Counted from the first letter of the stretch, positions 12,813 through 26,574 are shown. The stretch is 64,000 nt of DNA from Octopus vulgaris (GCA_951406725.2 OX597816.1:103788001-103852000); one strand, 5' to 3'. Notes: a model not told the origin generated them from the sequence alone. Numbers and translations: made by a program.

Positions 12813-12900
12813 TTTCGGCTGACGAGTACGAGCCATCTGTATTCACTGCATTTTTTATAGCTTATTAAAGATGTCCTCGTACGAAACAATCGTACCGAGA
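12813..12900 (+). ncRNA. Type-I hammerhead ribozyme with canonical core
   Basis: Stem I TTTCGG/CCGAGA; CTGACGA 12819-12825; perfect stem II GTACGAG/CTCGTAC extended by CATCT/AGATG; GAAA 12883-12886; stem III AC-AATC-GT; cleavage triplet GUA ending at 12894. Confidence 0.8.
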
Positions 12901-12926
12901 TTTTAATCCATTCTTGTTGCTTTTTT

Positions 12927-12963
<37 letters not shown>

Positions 12964-12979
12964 CCTCCTCCTCCTCCTT

Positions 12980-14545
12980 TTCATCATCATCAATGTCTGT
13001 TGTCTATGCTGGTATGGTTTGGATGGTTTGACCAAGGCTGCCAAACTGAAAGGCTGCACCAGACTCTAGTCTGATTTGACATAGTTTCTATGGCTGGATG
13101 CCCTTCCTAAAACCAACCACTTACAGAGTGTATTGGTCGCTTCTACGTGGCACAGGTGCCATTTGCGTGGCATCAGTATCTGCCACAACTGATTTTACTT
13201 GCACAATATGATGCCAAAGGTCTTGGTCATTCGTCATTTCCTCCATGAAGCCCAGCACTCAAAAGGAGCTTTTTACATGCCACTGGCATTGGCCATTTTG
13301 CCTTAGTGAGACCCAACACTTGGAAGGTGCTATCTACGTGTCACTGGCACAGGTGCCAGTTATGTGACACCAGCATCAGCCACAACTACGATTTCAATTG
13401 GTTTGACAGGTCTTCTCAAGAACAGCATATTACCAAAGGTCTCAACTATTAGTCAATGCCTCTCTGAGGCCTAAAGTTCAAAGATCATGCTTCACCACCT
13501 TGTCCCATGTCTTCCTGGGTCTATCTCTACCACAGGTTCCTTCCACAGTTTGAGATTGGTACTTCTTTATACAGCTGTCCTCATGCATATACATCACATG
13601 ACCATACCAGTTCAGTTGTCTCTCTTGCACACCACATCTGATGCCTCTTATGCCTAACTTTTCTTTCAAGATGCTTACACTCTGTCGAACATACACACTA
13701 ACATTGCACATCCAGTGAAATATACTGGCTTCATTTCTTTTAAGCATATGCATGTTCTCATCTGTCACAGCTCGTGTTTCACTACCATGTAGCATAGCTG
13801 TTCACACACGGACTTTATACAATCTACCTTTCACTCTGAGGGAGAGGCACTTTCTTGCTAGCAGAGGTAGGAGCTCTCTGAACTTTACCCAGCCTATTCT
13901 TATTCTTACACCTATGCTCTCAGTGCATCCACCTCTACTACTAATTTGGTCACCTAGGTAATGGAAGCTATCTACTATATCTAGCTTAAACCCTGGCTGT
14001 TGATGGAGTCTATTTTCTGTACATTTTTTATTTTATTGTACCTGTGCATCTTCCACACACAAGAGCTATTTTCCCTGTTAACCTTCCTCAGATATTGCTG
14101 CACCTCTTATGTGTCCATAGCTAACGTCAGATACATCTTATGGTATTTCAATGTATGCCTTTTCTACAGATCGAGCATGGTCATCTACCTGAAAGAATTT
14201 GTGATTTGTCTGCCTTCCTACTTACTAAAACTTTGGTTTTTACCAGGTTAACTCTAAGGCCCTTCACTTCTAGACCTTGCTTCCATACCTGAAACTTCTC
14301 TAGTTCTGGTAGTGATTCAGCTACAATAGCAAGATCATCAGCATAGAGGAGCTCTGAGGGGCAGCCTGTCTTAAATTCCTCTATTATTGCCTGGAGGACT
14401 ATGATGAGGCTGAGGACTGATCTTTGGTGAACCTCTACTTGTACCCTGAATTTTTCATTGTACTTGTTGCCAACCCTTACCTTTCTGGTAGCATCCTTGT
14501 ACATGGCTTGTACAGTTCTCACCAACCACTAGTCTATCCCTAGTT
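12980..14545 (-). mobile_element. 5'-truncated, decayed RTE/RTEX LINE (RT C-terminal half plus 3' UTR)
   Basis: ORFs 14181-14525 (LLYADD) and 13478-13795 (LHGSET, WYGHV, GRDRPRKTW). Confidence 0.88.
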
Positions 14546-14637
14546 TTAATATATGTAAACATCATCATCATCCTTTAATGTCTGTTGTCCATGCTGGCAT
14601 TCACACACACGCGCACACACACATACACACACACACA

Positions 14638-14675
<38 letters not shown>

Positions 14676-14694
14676 TACATATATATATATATAC

Positions 14695-14740
<46 letters not shown>

Positions 14741-15160
14741 TATATATGAAAGAAGAATGCAAGTGGGGTTCAAAACTCACAACAGCTGTTTCAGCAGCAT
14801 TTTATCGATGCATTCTCAAAATGGAGAAGAGGAAAAAGAACCCACAATAGATGTAGGCACATTGATCCCTCATTGCTTATTGACCAAAAAGGACCACAAT
14901 TTTGACAACTTATTGATGATATTGTCCAGTTCGGTAACTTCAACAGCAAAACATTGCTGGAATACAAATGAGAGAACAGAATGAAATAAATATAAAACAA
15001 AGATGGGTAAAAAGGATGAGTTATGAGAACAGAGAAATTTGTTATATTATACTATAAAGGCAGTAATGAAAGAAGTAAGCCTGTAATAAATAATACACAT
15101 ATTTGTAGATGTTGAAGGGTTCTGAGCTATAGAACAGAATTGCATATATTTATCCATCTG

Positions 15161-15196
<36 letters not shown>

Positions 15197-15237
15197 AGAG
15201 AGAGAGAGAGAGAATGTGTGTAGTGGCTACCGATCTA

Positions 15238-16800
15238 TCATCATCATCATCATTTAGCGTCCGTTTTCCATGCTAGCATGGGTTGGACGGTTCAACTGGG
15301 GTCTGTGAAGCCAGAAGGCTTCATCAGGCCCAGTCAGATCTGGCAGTGTTTCTACGGCTGGATGCCCTTCCTAACGCCAACCACTCCGTGAGTGTAGTGG
15401 GTGCTTTTTACGTGCCACCTGCACAGGTGCCAGACAGAGCTGGCAAACGGCCACGAACGGATGGTGCTTTTACATGCCACCGGCACGGGGGCCAGGCGAG
15501 GCTGGCAACGGACACGAGCAGATGGTGCTTTTACGTGCCACCGGCACGGAGGCCAGCCGGGGCGGGGCCGACAATGATCGGATGGTTCGCTTAACCACAG
15601 CTGCAATTTCCACTGATGTTGATCGGCCTCAATTTTGGTTTTGCTTTCTGATATCTGATTTGATTTGGTTTGATTTTGATTTTGATTTTGACTGTTCTCA
15701 CTGGTCTTGCCGGGTCTTCTCATGCACAGCATACTTCCATAGGTCTCAGTCTCTAGTCATTTCCTTGGTGAGACCTAAAGTTCGAAGGTCGTGCTTCACC
15801 ACCTTGTCCCAGGTGTTCCTGGGTCTACCTCTTCCACAGGTTCCCTCAACTGCTAGGGTGTGGCACTTTTGCACACAACTATCTTCACCCATTCTCGTCA
15901 CATGCCCATACCAGCGCAGACGTCTCTCTTGCACACCACAACTGATGCTTCTTAGGTCCAACTTTTCTCTCAAGGTACTTACACTCTGTCGATTATGAAC
16001 ACTGACATTACACATCTATCGGAGCATACTGGCTTCATTTCTTGCGAGCTTACGCGTATCCTCAGCCATCACAGCCCATGTTTCACTACCATGTAGCATG
16101 GCTGTACGTACACATGCATCATACAGTCTGCCTTTTACTCTGTGTGAGAGGCCTTTTGTCACCAGCAGGGGTAAGAGCTCTCTAAACTTTGCCCAGGCTA
16201 TTCTTACTCTAGCAGTTACACTTTCAGCACACCCACCCCCGCTACTGACTTGGTCACCTAGGTAGCGGAACGTGGTAGAAGTTGGTCTCTGCACATTTTC
16301 AGTGTTTATTGCTCCTGAGCATCTGCCACAGACAAAAACTATTTTCCTAGTTAGCCTTCCTTTGACATTGCTACACCTCTTATGTGTCCATAGCTTGCAC
16401 TTGGTGCACCTTATAGAGTTTCTACCTACACCTTTTTTACAGATCGAGCAGGGCCATCTACCTGAAGGCGTTTGTGACTTGTCTACTTTCCTACTTATTA
16501 GGACTTTGGTTTTGGCTAGATTGATTCTAAGGCCCTTCGATTCTAAACCTTGCTTCCACACCTGAAACTTCTCCAGTTCTGATAGTGACTCAGCAATTAG
16601 AGCAATGTCATCAGCATAGAGGAGCTCCCGGGGGCATCCTGTCTTGAATTCCTCCGTTATTGCCTGGAGGACTATGATAAATAGGAGGGGACTGAGGACT
16701 GAATCTTGGTGGACTCCAACCTCTACCCGGAATTCTTCACTGTACTCATTGCCAACCCTCACCTTACTAGTAGCATCTCTGTACATGGCTTGCACAGCTC
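15238..16800 (-). mobile_element. 5'-truncated RTE/RTEX LINE, less decayed copy; RT with an embedded Cys-rich finger
   Basis: ORF 16016-16945: GVHQDSVLSPLLF, LLYADD, WPCSICKKGVGRNSIRCTKCKLWTHKRC, FRYLG, LHGSETW. ORF 15746-16015 continues after one stop. (ATG)n tail at about 15240. Confidence 0.92.
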
Positions 16801-16849
16801 TATCATATATATTTATAGATAGATAGATAGATAGATAGATATGTTTCTT

Positions 16850-17930
16850 TATAAACCACACAGGGTTGAATACAGAGGGGACAAAATACAAAGTAGACCT
16901 TTTCTTTTGGAGAGGGAAAAAAAGGTGGGGTAGAATTTTGATCAAAAGGGATCATGGAAAGAAGAGGAAAAAAAAGAAGGAAGCCGATTAATGGGGATCT
17001 TGTATGCCAGGAATGTAATAATGTAGAAGGGGAAACAGATTAGGTTTATCCGTGGAAAGAAAAACCTATGGAAAAACCACGGTAACCTTGGGCAATAATG
17101 TCATGCAAAAAACACATTGCAGTTAGTGACTCTCTTTTTTCCTTTCTTTTTCTGGTTTATAGGATTATGCTACATTCACCCATCTCTTATTGAAACATTC
17201 ACTAGGCAAAACTTCCCTCTCTACCCTCACCTTCCTCTTCAAGTGATACTTGAAGAAGTTGATGTGAGATTCACCAGAGAGGAAAGTGTTTGTCTCTAGA
17301 CCTTTCAGATGCACCCCCCATACACATTCTTTTGCCATAGCCTCAAGTATGATGAAAATGTCTCTTCCTTCCCATTTCAAGGTAGGAGGTGTGACAATAT
17401 TCACAATAGACTTGGTTGATAAACTGACTCATCCCACATGCGAAAGCAGTCATTCAACATAAGCCCACAAGTCAGAAATGGTTGGACACTGTTCGAGTGT
17501 GTGCAGAACGGTTTCGTCGCTCTGACCGCATCTCGGGCAGGTCGGCCTTGTGCTTCTCGAGTCATGCTTGCAGCGCTCATCCCAAATGGGTAGCGCTTCT
17601 CAATAGCACTGCCAGGCCAGGGATCTCTGGAAGTTGTCCATAGGTCCTGGCCCGAAAGTCGTCTTGAACAAGCAGGTCAGGTATTCATTGTCGTCACCCA
17701 GGTTCGCCTCGAGATCATCGTCATACTTCCACTCCACTAGTCCCCTATAGAATGCTTTTGTTATGTTGCAGTCATTCAAGGTTGACCCAGGTTGGCTTAG
17801 TTGCTCAAGAGCAAAGCAACACTCACGGTGCCATTCGCCCTTCCTCGGCCTCTTTTTGATCCACAACTGCAGTTCGGTCATGGAGACGAGGTGCAGGAAA
17901 GCGCACCTCACAAACAGTGACCACACTAAA
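16850..17930 (-). mobile_element. L1/Tx1-like LINE 3' fragment
   Basis: Minus-strand 'RSLAWQC...ALPI' followed by the CCHC knuckle CPRCGQSDETVLHTLEQC at about 17485-17540. Confidence 0.7.
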
Positions 17931-18099
17931 AGAAATATTTGATGTTTTAGGACTGCTGCTACCTACTACATCATATGAAGCCTTCACAAGAGTAAAAAAA
18001 AAGGAGTGACAGATGGCAAAAAAGAAAACATCCCTCATTTGAAAACTATGGAAATATTAAAAAAAAAAAATTGAATTGTCCAGGTTCCATTTATCCATT

Positions 18100-18838
18100 T
18101 TGGCAAGGTTTCTGTGGTTAGATACCCTTCATTCATAATGCCAACCACTTTAAGAGTGTACTGGGTGCTTTGACTGAGGTACTGGTATAGACGCATTTAT
18201 GTGACACCAGCATACATACTTTTAGATGGCACTGACACAAGCACTTTTGTGTGATACTGGCATGGATGCCTTTATGTGGGACCAGTATGGGCACTTTTAT
18301 GTGGCACTGGCATGGGCACTTTTGCACAGCACCAGCACCCATCAGCCTGCAAGACTAGGATCTTTCAGCTGAGAAAGATAAGTGTAGATGACATGCCTGT
18401 ATGTATGGACAGCCATGATTTTTCTTAGCTTGGCATGTCTTCTTAGGCACAGCAATCTCCTCAGTGAGACCCAGTATCTGAAAATCCTTTCTTAACCCTT
18501 CATTCCATGGCCTTCAACACATTCCCTCCTTAATCAGAGATCAGCACTTCTTGTTGCAACCATCCTCGGCCATATGCATTACATGACCATACCAGTGCAG
18601 TCTTCTCTTGCACATGACATCTGATGTCTTGTATATTCAATTTTTCTCTCAAGTCACTTAGACTCTGTCACACGTGCACACTAACATTATCCATCCAGTG
18701 GAGCATGCTGGTTTCATTTCTTTCAAGTCTTTACATGTTGTCAGTATTCACAGCACATATCTCACTGTCATGTAGCATAGCTGTTTGCACTCAGGCATCA
18801 TTTAATCTATCTTTCGCTCTGAGGGAGAGGCCCTTCCT
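18100..18838 (-). mobile_element. Older RTE/RTEX 3' fragment
   Basis: Degenerate match to 15300-16150, e.g. 'catgaccataccagtgcagtc' and 'ctgagggagaggccc'. Confidence 0.7.
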
Positions 18839-18855
18839 TATTTACATATCTGTCC

Positions 18856-18891
<36 letters not shown>

Positions 18892-18964
18892 ATAATAATG
18901 ACAATAATCCATGGATGGAATTTATAAATATTTTAATGCATCGCTTTGTGCATTTCTACAAATC

Positions 18965-19202
18965 ACGTTTCTTATTTCTTTATTGCCCACAAGGGGCTAA
19001 ACACAGAGGGGACAAACAAGGACAGACAAAAGGATTAAATCGATTACATCGATCCCAGTGCATAACTGGTACTTAATTTATCGACCCCGAAAGGATGAAA
19101 GGCAAAGTCGACCTCAGCGGAATTTGAACTCAGAACATAACAGCAGACGAAATACCGCTAACCATTTCACCCAGCGTGATAACGTTTCTGCTAGCTCGCC
19201 GC
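18965..19202 (-). mobile_element. tRNA-derived SINE, family C
   Basis: 'tcgaccccgaaaggatgaaaggcaaagtcgacctc.gcggaatttgaactcagaac', also present at 26575-26770. Confidence 0.75.
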
Positions 19203-20444
19203 CAATCACATGTTTCTATGTTCATAGTCCATATTCCTGGGATGATTACAGTACAGTCTGTAGTATCCATGGACATTGGGTGGATCATATTCATGTGTTC
19301 ATTTCTCAGGTGATATGGCATTAATGTTGGAAGTAGTGGATGTATAACATATACATGATCATCATTTTAACATCAACTTTTCCTATTTGTATCAACCAGT
19401 TGGTTGCTTGAAGCAAATTTTCTATAACTGGAGGCTGTTCTTGTTGCCAATCTTCACCTATTTCCAAACAAGGTGATATTTTCCCTATGGCTGGACCTGT
19501 ATTTACAGAAGATTGGAAGTAAAGGACACTGCATGCATAATAGTGATTCTCATTTGCAAATATTGTTTGACATCATAACAAAATGGTGCATGTAGCCTCC
19601 CACCACTCATACAAATATACATACATTCATCCATCGTACTGCTTATCTGTCTATCTACCTACTTACCTACCTGGCTGTTAGTCTATGACATGTCTTTTTG
19701 TATATGATTCAAACCTAGACTCTAATGTCTTTATGAGGGACATAGGTAGTACTCAGTTGAGCAATACATTTTCTGTGTGTGTCTGTGTGTGTGTATCTTT
19801 AATCTTTTACTTATTTCATTCATTAGTCTTTGGCTCACTCCCTCCATCTGATCAACATTACCTGTACAGGTGCAACAGAGTGCCACATGTCAGATGATGA
19901 AATGATTGTGGAGCAACGTGAAATGAAGTGCTTTGCTCAAGAACACAATGCCTGGCCTGGGAATCGAACTCATGATCTCGCAATCTTGAGTGCAACATCT
20001 TAACCACTGAGCCATGCGCCTTCACATGTATGTATATGTGTGTGTGTGTGTATCGGTGCAGGTGTTACTGTGTGGTGAGATGTTTGCTTTCTATCCACAT
20101 GGTTCCAGGTTTAATTCTGTGTTCAATATATGCACATGCACACACAGCTTTCTTTCTCTTTCTGTCAACCAGATCCTCTTGCTAGGCTCTGGTCAAACTA
20201 CTCCATAGTAGAACTGAGCCTTAAGCACACAGCTGTGTGCGTGTATGTGCATTGTTGTATGTCTGTTTGTTTGCAACTGCAATCTGCGAACAGCAGTATT
20301 TTTGTTTCTTCTATCAAACAAATTGTCTGGTCACTTTGTAGCCAATCCTTATGCCTCACATAATATATTCATCCAACACATGCAAGCTCAGTCAAACGGA
20401 TGTAAAATGAATGAATGGTATACATATGTACATGTGTATATTCT

Positions 20445-20830
20445 TTTATTCTTTTACTTGTTTCAGTCATTTGATTGTGGCCATGCTGGAGCACCACCTT
20501 TAGTCAAACAAATCGACCCCAGGACTTATTCTTTGTAAGCCTGGTATTTATGCTATTGTTCTCTTTTGCCAAACTGCTAAGTTACAGGAATGTAAACACA
20601 CCAACATCAGTTGTCTAGTGATAGTGGGGAAGGGGACAAATACAGACACAAACACACATATACACAATGGGCTTCTTTCAGTTTCTATCTATCAAATCCA
20701 CTCACAAGGCTTTGGTCAGCATCAGGCTATAGCAGAAGACACTTGCCCAAGGTGCAATGCAGTGGGATTGAGCCTGGAACCATGTGGTTGGGAAGCAATC
20801 TTCTTACCACACAGCCACTCCTGTGCCTAT
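20445..20830 (-). mobile_element. SINE family A, full copy
   Basis: Colinear with 4296-4690. Confidence 0.85.
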
Positions 20831-20921
20831 AATATATATATATCTAATGTAGGATAAAATTTTTCCGAAAAAAATTTTATCAATGGCCAGCATATTAAAA
20901 AAATACCTTTAAAGGTTAAAT

Positions 20922-21086
20922 TATAAACAACTTATAAATAAGGGCAAACGAAAAAATTTTTAATGCCAAATATGCCGAAAATTGGACACACCGTCCAATT
21001 GGACATTATATGGTAAATGGATGGTATGTCCAATTTTCAGCATATTTGGCATTAGAAATTTTTTCGTTTGCCCTTATTTATAAGTT

Positions 21087-21093
<7 letters not shown>
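20922..21093. repeat. Foldback: inverted arms of about 79 bp with a short spacer, between (TA)n tracts
   Basis: 'tataaacaacttataaataagggcaaacgaaaaaa...' mirrored by '...ttttttcgtttgcccttatttataagttgtttata'. Confidence 0.9.
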
Positions 21094-21128
<35 letters not shown>

Positions 21129-21419
21129 GGCTTCTTTCAGTTTCTGTCTACCAAATCCACTCACAAGGCTTTGGTCAGCCTGAGGCTATAGTAGAAGATG
21201 CATGCTCAAGGTGCTATGCTGTGGGACTGAACCTGGAGCCATGTGGTTGGGAAGCAAGCTTCTAATCACACAGCCATGCCTGCACCTAAATGTATATACA
21301 AATATACACATGTATGAATGTGTGTTTGTATGTACACACACACACACACACACACATGTATAAATGTGTGTATGTGTGTGTATATATATATACATAGACA
21401 TACACGCCCTATTTTAATG

Positions 21420-22500
21420 TGTATAAGGAACCCTTTTTTTGCTGGACTCACAATTAATCTGGGGAAAACAAAAGTAATATTTTCTCCTGTGCCAGGACAA
21501 ACATATTCTGAACCAAACATTTTTGTGAATGGAACAAGGTTTGAAGTGATTGACACCTTTGTTTACCTAGGAAGCACACTGTTCAGAGGTGGTAGTCTTG
21601 ATGCAGAGATATACTGTTTGAATAGGAAAGGGAAGTATTACATTTGGAAAGCTCAGTGAGTATGAGCAGATAGAGGTACTTCCCTACAGACAAAACTCAG
21701 TGTGTATAAAGCATGTGCATTGTCTGCACTTCTTTATTCAAGTGAGACATGGACCACTTACAAGTATCATATAAAAATGCTGGAGAGATTTCATCAAAAG
21801 TGTCTCAGATGTATCTTAAGAGTCAAATGGGAATGTTTCATACTAGATACAGAGGATTTACTCATGGCACGTTGCAGCTCAGTTGAACATGTTATCTTGG
21901 CTCAAATGAGATGGACTGGACATGTTATTTGTATGAAAGACAAGTGTTTGTCAAAGTGTCTTTGTTATGGTGAGCTCAACTCTTGTAAGTGACCACAACA
22001 CAAGCCGAGGAAAAGGCATAAAGACTGTGTGAAGAAACTAGATATGAACAAACATGATTGGGAAAATGATGTTCTAGATTGGAACAAGTGGAGAGGTGTT
22101 ATTAGGACTAGTTGCAATGCCTAAGATGAAAAGATGATTCAGCACTCGGAACTTAAAAGGGCCTGTTGCAAAGGAACAGTTGGAACTGTAATCAGCAGTG
22201 AACATTGGCTATGTATTATATACGACTGTGTTCTGTTGTCAAAAGCAGGATATGTGAATCACATGAAATCACATAGAAATCATAATGCCCAGGTAGGTAA
22301 TGATCTTGGATACCAACCACCTCTTATGACTTGTGTCATATGTCAAAAAACTTATAAGACAATATCTGGACTTAAACGACAGATGCTAGTTCGCAAAAAC
22401 ATTACTTCAGAATTAGATTCTAAAGGACAAAGATATAGAAGAAACTTGTATAATACCTGTCACTTGTGTTTTAAACCCTGTTAGTCACAAAAGTCATCTA
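21420..22500 (+). mobile_element. RTE (BovB-like) LINE 3' remnant with C-terminal C2H2-like fingers
   Basis: GLTINLGKTKV, FVYLGS, YKACALSALLYSSETW, MRWTGHV, then degenerate C..C...H...H fingers in ORF 22134-22484. Confidence 0.8.
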
Positions 22501-22610
22501 AGAGCTCATCAATGGTGGGATTGTGCTGTGATGGGGTGTAGTGTGTGTGTGTGTGTGTGTGTTGATGGGATGGCTATCATCTGTCAAGATGAAGCAATCA
22601 TCATCATATG

Positions 22611-22652
<42 letters not shown>

Positions 22653-22656
22653 TACA

Positions 22657-22833
22657 TACTGTATTTTAACATGTATTTTTGTCAAAAATTATGTTAAAAA
22701 ATATGGGAGTTTCTAATGCATGGATAGTATTATAATCCCTTACAAAACCATTTTTTCCAAATTTTAAGCCCCTCCCCCCAAATTAGGGTGTTCCTTATAC
22801 ACAAGGGTTCCTTATACATGTTAAAATACAGTA
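22657..22833. mobile_element. MITE with 20-bp terminal inverted repeats (pogo/Tigger-like ends)
   Basis: tactgtattttaacatgtat ... atacatgttaaaatacagta. Confidence 0.7.
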
Positions 22834-24353
22834 TATATGTTTATGTGTATATATATATATATATATATATGTGTATACACTTTTATGCTGATGCTTAAAT
22901 ATTTTGCAGAACAGATATGCTCATATATTGGAATTTTATGATGTTTGATAGAGATTCGTATCATAGCGAGAGAAATGACATCATTTTTAAAGTATTTCTT
23001 TTTGAGGAGGTTGAGATATTTTATATTTCTTTTTATATATATATATATATATATATATTTGGCAGTTTTGAGTAGGCAGCAAAAGCTTGCCAGATATTCT
23101 CCTTAAATTCTTTAATGTTATAAATTGTTGTTATTCTTTTTTATACCAAGATTAACCTGACTGGGCAGAACTATAATTTAAGGTCTTCTGGATATAGTGT
23201 ATATATCTTTAAATAATCTAACATGTTTAATTTTTTTTTTCTTTTTTTTTTGCATTAGATTGTGTGCATTGTTTATTTTTATAGAGATTTAAGTTGATAT
23301 TACTTACAGGTTGAACAACCATGTAGGGTTTCTTTCTCTCATTGAATCTGCACTGCTTTAAGATTGACACATTAGTCTTATATTCTTAAGAATCTAAATA
23401 GCAAGAGAAAAGAATTCAGAATAAATATTTAAAGAAATATATTAAGTAAATTTCCCTTCAAAATTCTAGTGTTGATCACATCATCTTCATCCTCATCCTC
23501 CTCCTCATCATCATCATCATCACCAACATCATCGTCGTCATCGTTGTCATCATCATTATCATCATCACTGTCAACAACAACAACAGCAGCAACTACATCA
23601 GCATCATCATCATCATTGTCTTACATGTTTTTCTTTGCCAGTATGAGTTGGGTAGGTTTTTTGCTGTAGTGTTTTACAGAAATATGCCCTTCTTGCTGCT
23701 AAACCTGTTAGTCTCCTCTTATGGCATTCAGGGACACAGTGCACCTATTCCAAACATAACAGGATATACAATGATAAGATTCAAGAACTATTACTGCTGT
23801 TACTAGGCAAATTATCAATAATACATTTATTGCTACTTTGTTAAACACAATATTTCAAACAATTTAATCTTTGTTTGTCATCAAGTGATTTATAGAAATA
23901 GTGTTGGTAAAGTCATTGAAATATTACATAAAATACCTTGCAGTATTTGTGCTGGGTTTCGAAACTCTGAGTTCAAATCCTCCCATACCAATTTTTTTGT
24001 CATCACTGTGGTTAATAAATAAAATACCAATTAAGTGCTGGGGGTTAAGATTTCCTCTCTCTCTCTTCTTCCTCTCTTACTCACTCCCTCTTTCAGCTTT
24101 CAATCTCCCTTCCACATTTTTCTTCCCCCTCCCTCATGCTCTCCTTCCTCCCATATCTCCCCTTCCTTCTTTTTCTCCTTCCTCCTTCTCACCCAATTCC
24201 TTCTCTCTCTCTCTCTCTTACGGACTCATTTACATGGTGAGGTCAAGAGCTTAAAAGAGCCAGTACATAATAGCACCAACTTAGAATCCAGTCTGAGTGT
24301 CAAGTTCAAACCAAAATTATTGCCACAAATAAACTTGAATACCACTTATTACT

Positions 24354-24581
24354 TTAACCCTTTCATTACTGTATTTATTTTAAGATGCTCAGTGTTTCTT
24401 TCAATCACTTTAAATATAACAAAAAATTTAGTAAAATAACTTAGTTATCATTCAGCTAGTATTAGGAACATAAATTGTGACTAAGGCTTGGTGGAAGATT
24501 TTAATTCAAAACTTATGAAAACAAGACATTTGTACTCAGAGCCAGAGCCGGTTTCAGCCAGGTTGGTAATGAAAGGGTTAA
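24354..24581. mobile_element. piggyBac-like MITE (TTAA target duplication, CCC/GGG ends)
   Basis: TTAA-ccctttcattac ... gtaatgaaaggg-TTAA. Confidence 0.8.
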
Positions 24582-24969
24582 GAATGTTGTCCTTTCTATA
24601 CTATAATCCAATTTTCCATTAGTTAAATTGGCTTATGTTTCTGGTATTGGTTTGTTGTTGCTGTTCAGCTCCAGATTCACTCTGGTTGAACAAACTGTGA
24701 CCAACACAATGCATTCTTTTTGTAACTAAAACTACAATATCTTCTTTTTCTTCATGAAGATGGTAAGGTGTGATTTGAAGAAATTTGGTTGCTATTTCTA
24801 GTTCTTTGAGCAACTGTGAAGTAGTTCCTTTGTTGTCTCTAACTGTGGTATAGTGTATTAAGAGTATTGAAAACTATGTGCGATAAGAGTTTATGAGTTC
24901 AATCCTAACTGGGTCACATGTACATATACACATATATCATTTAATGGCAAATTCAAAACCTGTTTTAGA

Positions 24970-25083
<114 letters not shown>

Positions 25084-25567
25084 ATCTTTCTCTGTTTGTA
25101 TATTATTTAAGTTAATTTTTGGAAGTTCAAGACATTTAAAATGTATTTTAAAAGTATTATAGAAGTTTCTAAATTTTACCAGAGCAAATTATGAATTTGT
25201 AATTATGTGCTGTTGTTTGTTATTTATTCATTAAATACTGGGTTAAGTGTTTGTTAGAAATTAAATTATTTCAAAATAATAATGTTTTTCTTCTGTTATG
25301 TAAATGTTTTATATTAAATCAGTATGATTACACTATTGATCTCCTGGGACAAAGAACATTTGATTGATTTCTAAACCATTATTAATATTCAAAACGTTTT
25401 GTGTATTTAATTTCTTATTGCATCTCTACCAAGGAAGGTGGTGCTGGTAATGGTAGTAGGAGTAATATTTCAAGATCTTAAATTTATTACTTGCTATAAA
25501 AGGAAAGAATATCTGTTCAATATGACATATGGAAGTCAATTGTTTGCTGTTTCTGAAATTGTAATAA

Positions 25568-25613
<46 letters not shown>

Positions 25614-25764
25614 GTCTGCTTGCCATATACCAAAGTTAATTGTTATTTTAGATGTAAAGTTCCATGCCATTCTAAACAAAAGGACTGGGTAATTAGGCTA
25701 AGAAGTACATAATGAAATGGGAAATGTACTCTTTCACCTATTGGGTTTAGGTATTGTATTGGTA

Positions 25765-26080
25765 TGGACAGTTGTTAGAGCATCAGGCTCACAATAATGA
25801 GGTTGTGCTTTTGATTCCTGGACTGAGCTGTATGTTGTGTTCTCTAGCAACACACTCCAGTTCACTCAGCTGTAGAAATGAGTTGTGGTGTCACTGGTGC
25901 CAAGCTGTATTGGACTTTGCTTTTCCCTTGGATAACATTGGTGGCATGGAGAGAGGAGGCTGGTATGCATGGGTGACTGCTGGTCTTCCATAAACAGTCT
26001 TGCTTGGACTTGTACCTCGGAAGCTAACATTCTTGGTGTAAACCTTTGGTCATCCATGACTGAAGGGTACCTTCACCCTA
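25765..26080 (+). mobile_element. SINE family D
   Basis: Reverse-complement match to 59862-60195, e.g. 'tcactggtgccaagctgtat' and 'ctgctggtctt.cataaac'. Confidence 0.7.
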
Positions 26081-26574
26081 TGGGCATGTAATGCATATGA
26101 AGGGCATAAAGGTTATAAAGATGCCCCATGAGCTTGAAGTGAATGGAGCTTGTGGAAGAGGGAGAGACAAAAAAACTAAAGGTAAAGTAATGAAAAGAAA
26201 TCTGAATCTGTTATAACTCATGAAGGAATTGATAAAGGATTGTGTTGATTTGTAGTGTGCTGTGTTAGAGAAGATCCACTCATATGTGCAGGCATTGCAA
26301 AACAGACATTAAAATTTAGCAATGTATATTTGTGTGTGTGTGTGTGTGTAAACAATATATTAGACCATTTGTGTTTAGTTTACTCTACCTCCACCCTTCT
26401 TTTCTATATATCCATAATTACTCATTATCACTTTGTCTGCCTGTATACTCATTCCTTTTCTCTCAATCATCTTAGGCCTCTATCAACTGTCATCTCTCTG
26501 CCATTGCTGCCCCACTTTGGGTCACAAAGACTTCTATCCCTTTCCTACTATCTCAGTAATATTCTGTACTACTT

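Noticed and set aside
12512-12889. Cluster of YI/HT/VC-rich ORFs (likewise near 4200, 14550 and 31000)
   Set aside because: Artefacts of (TA)n and (CA)n microsatellites.
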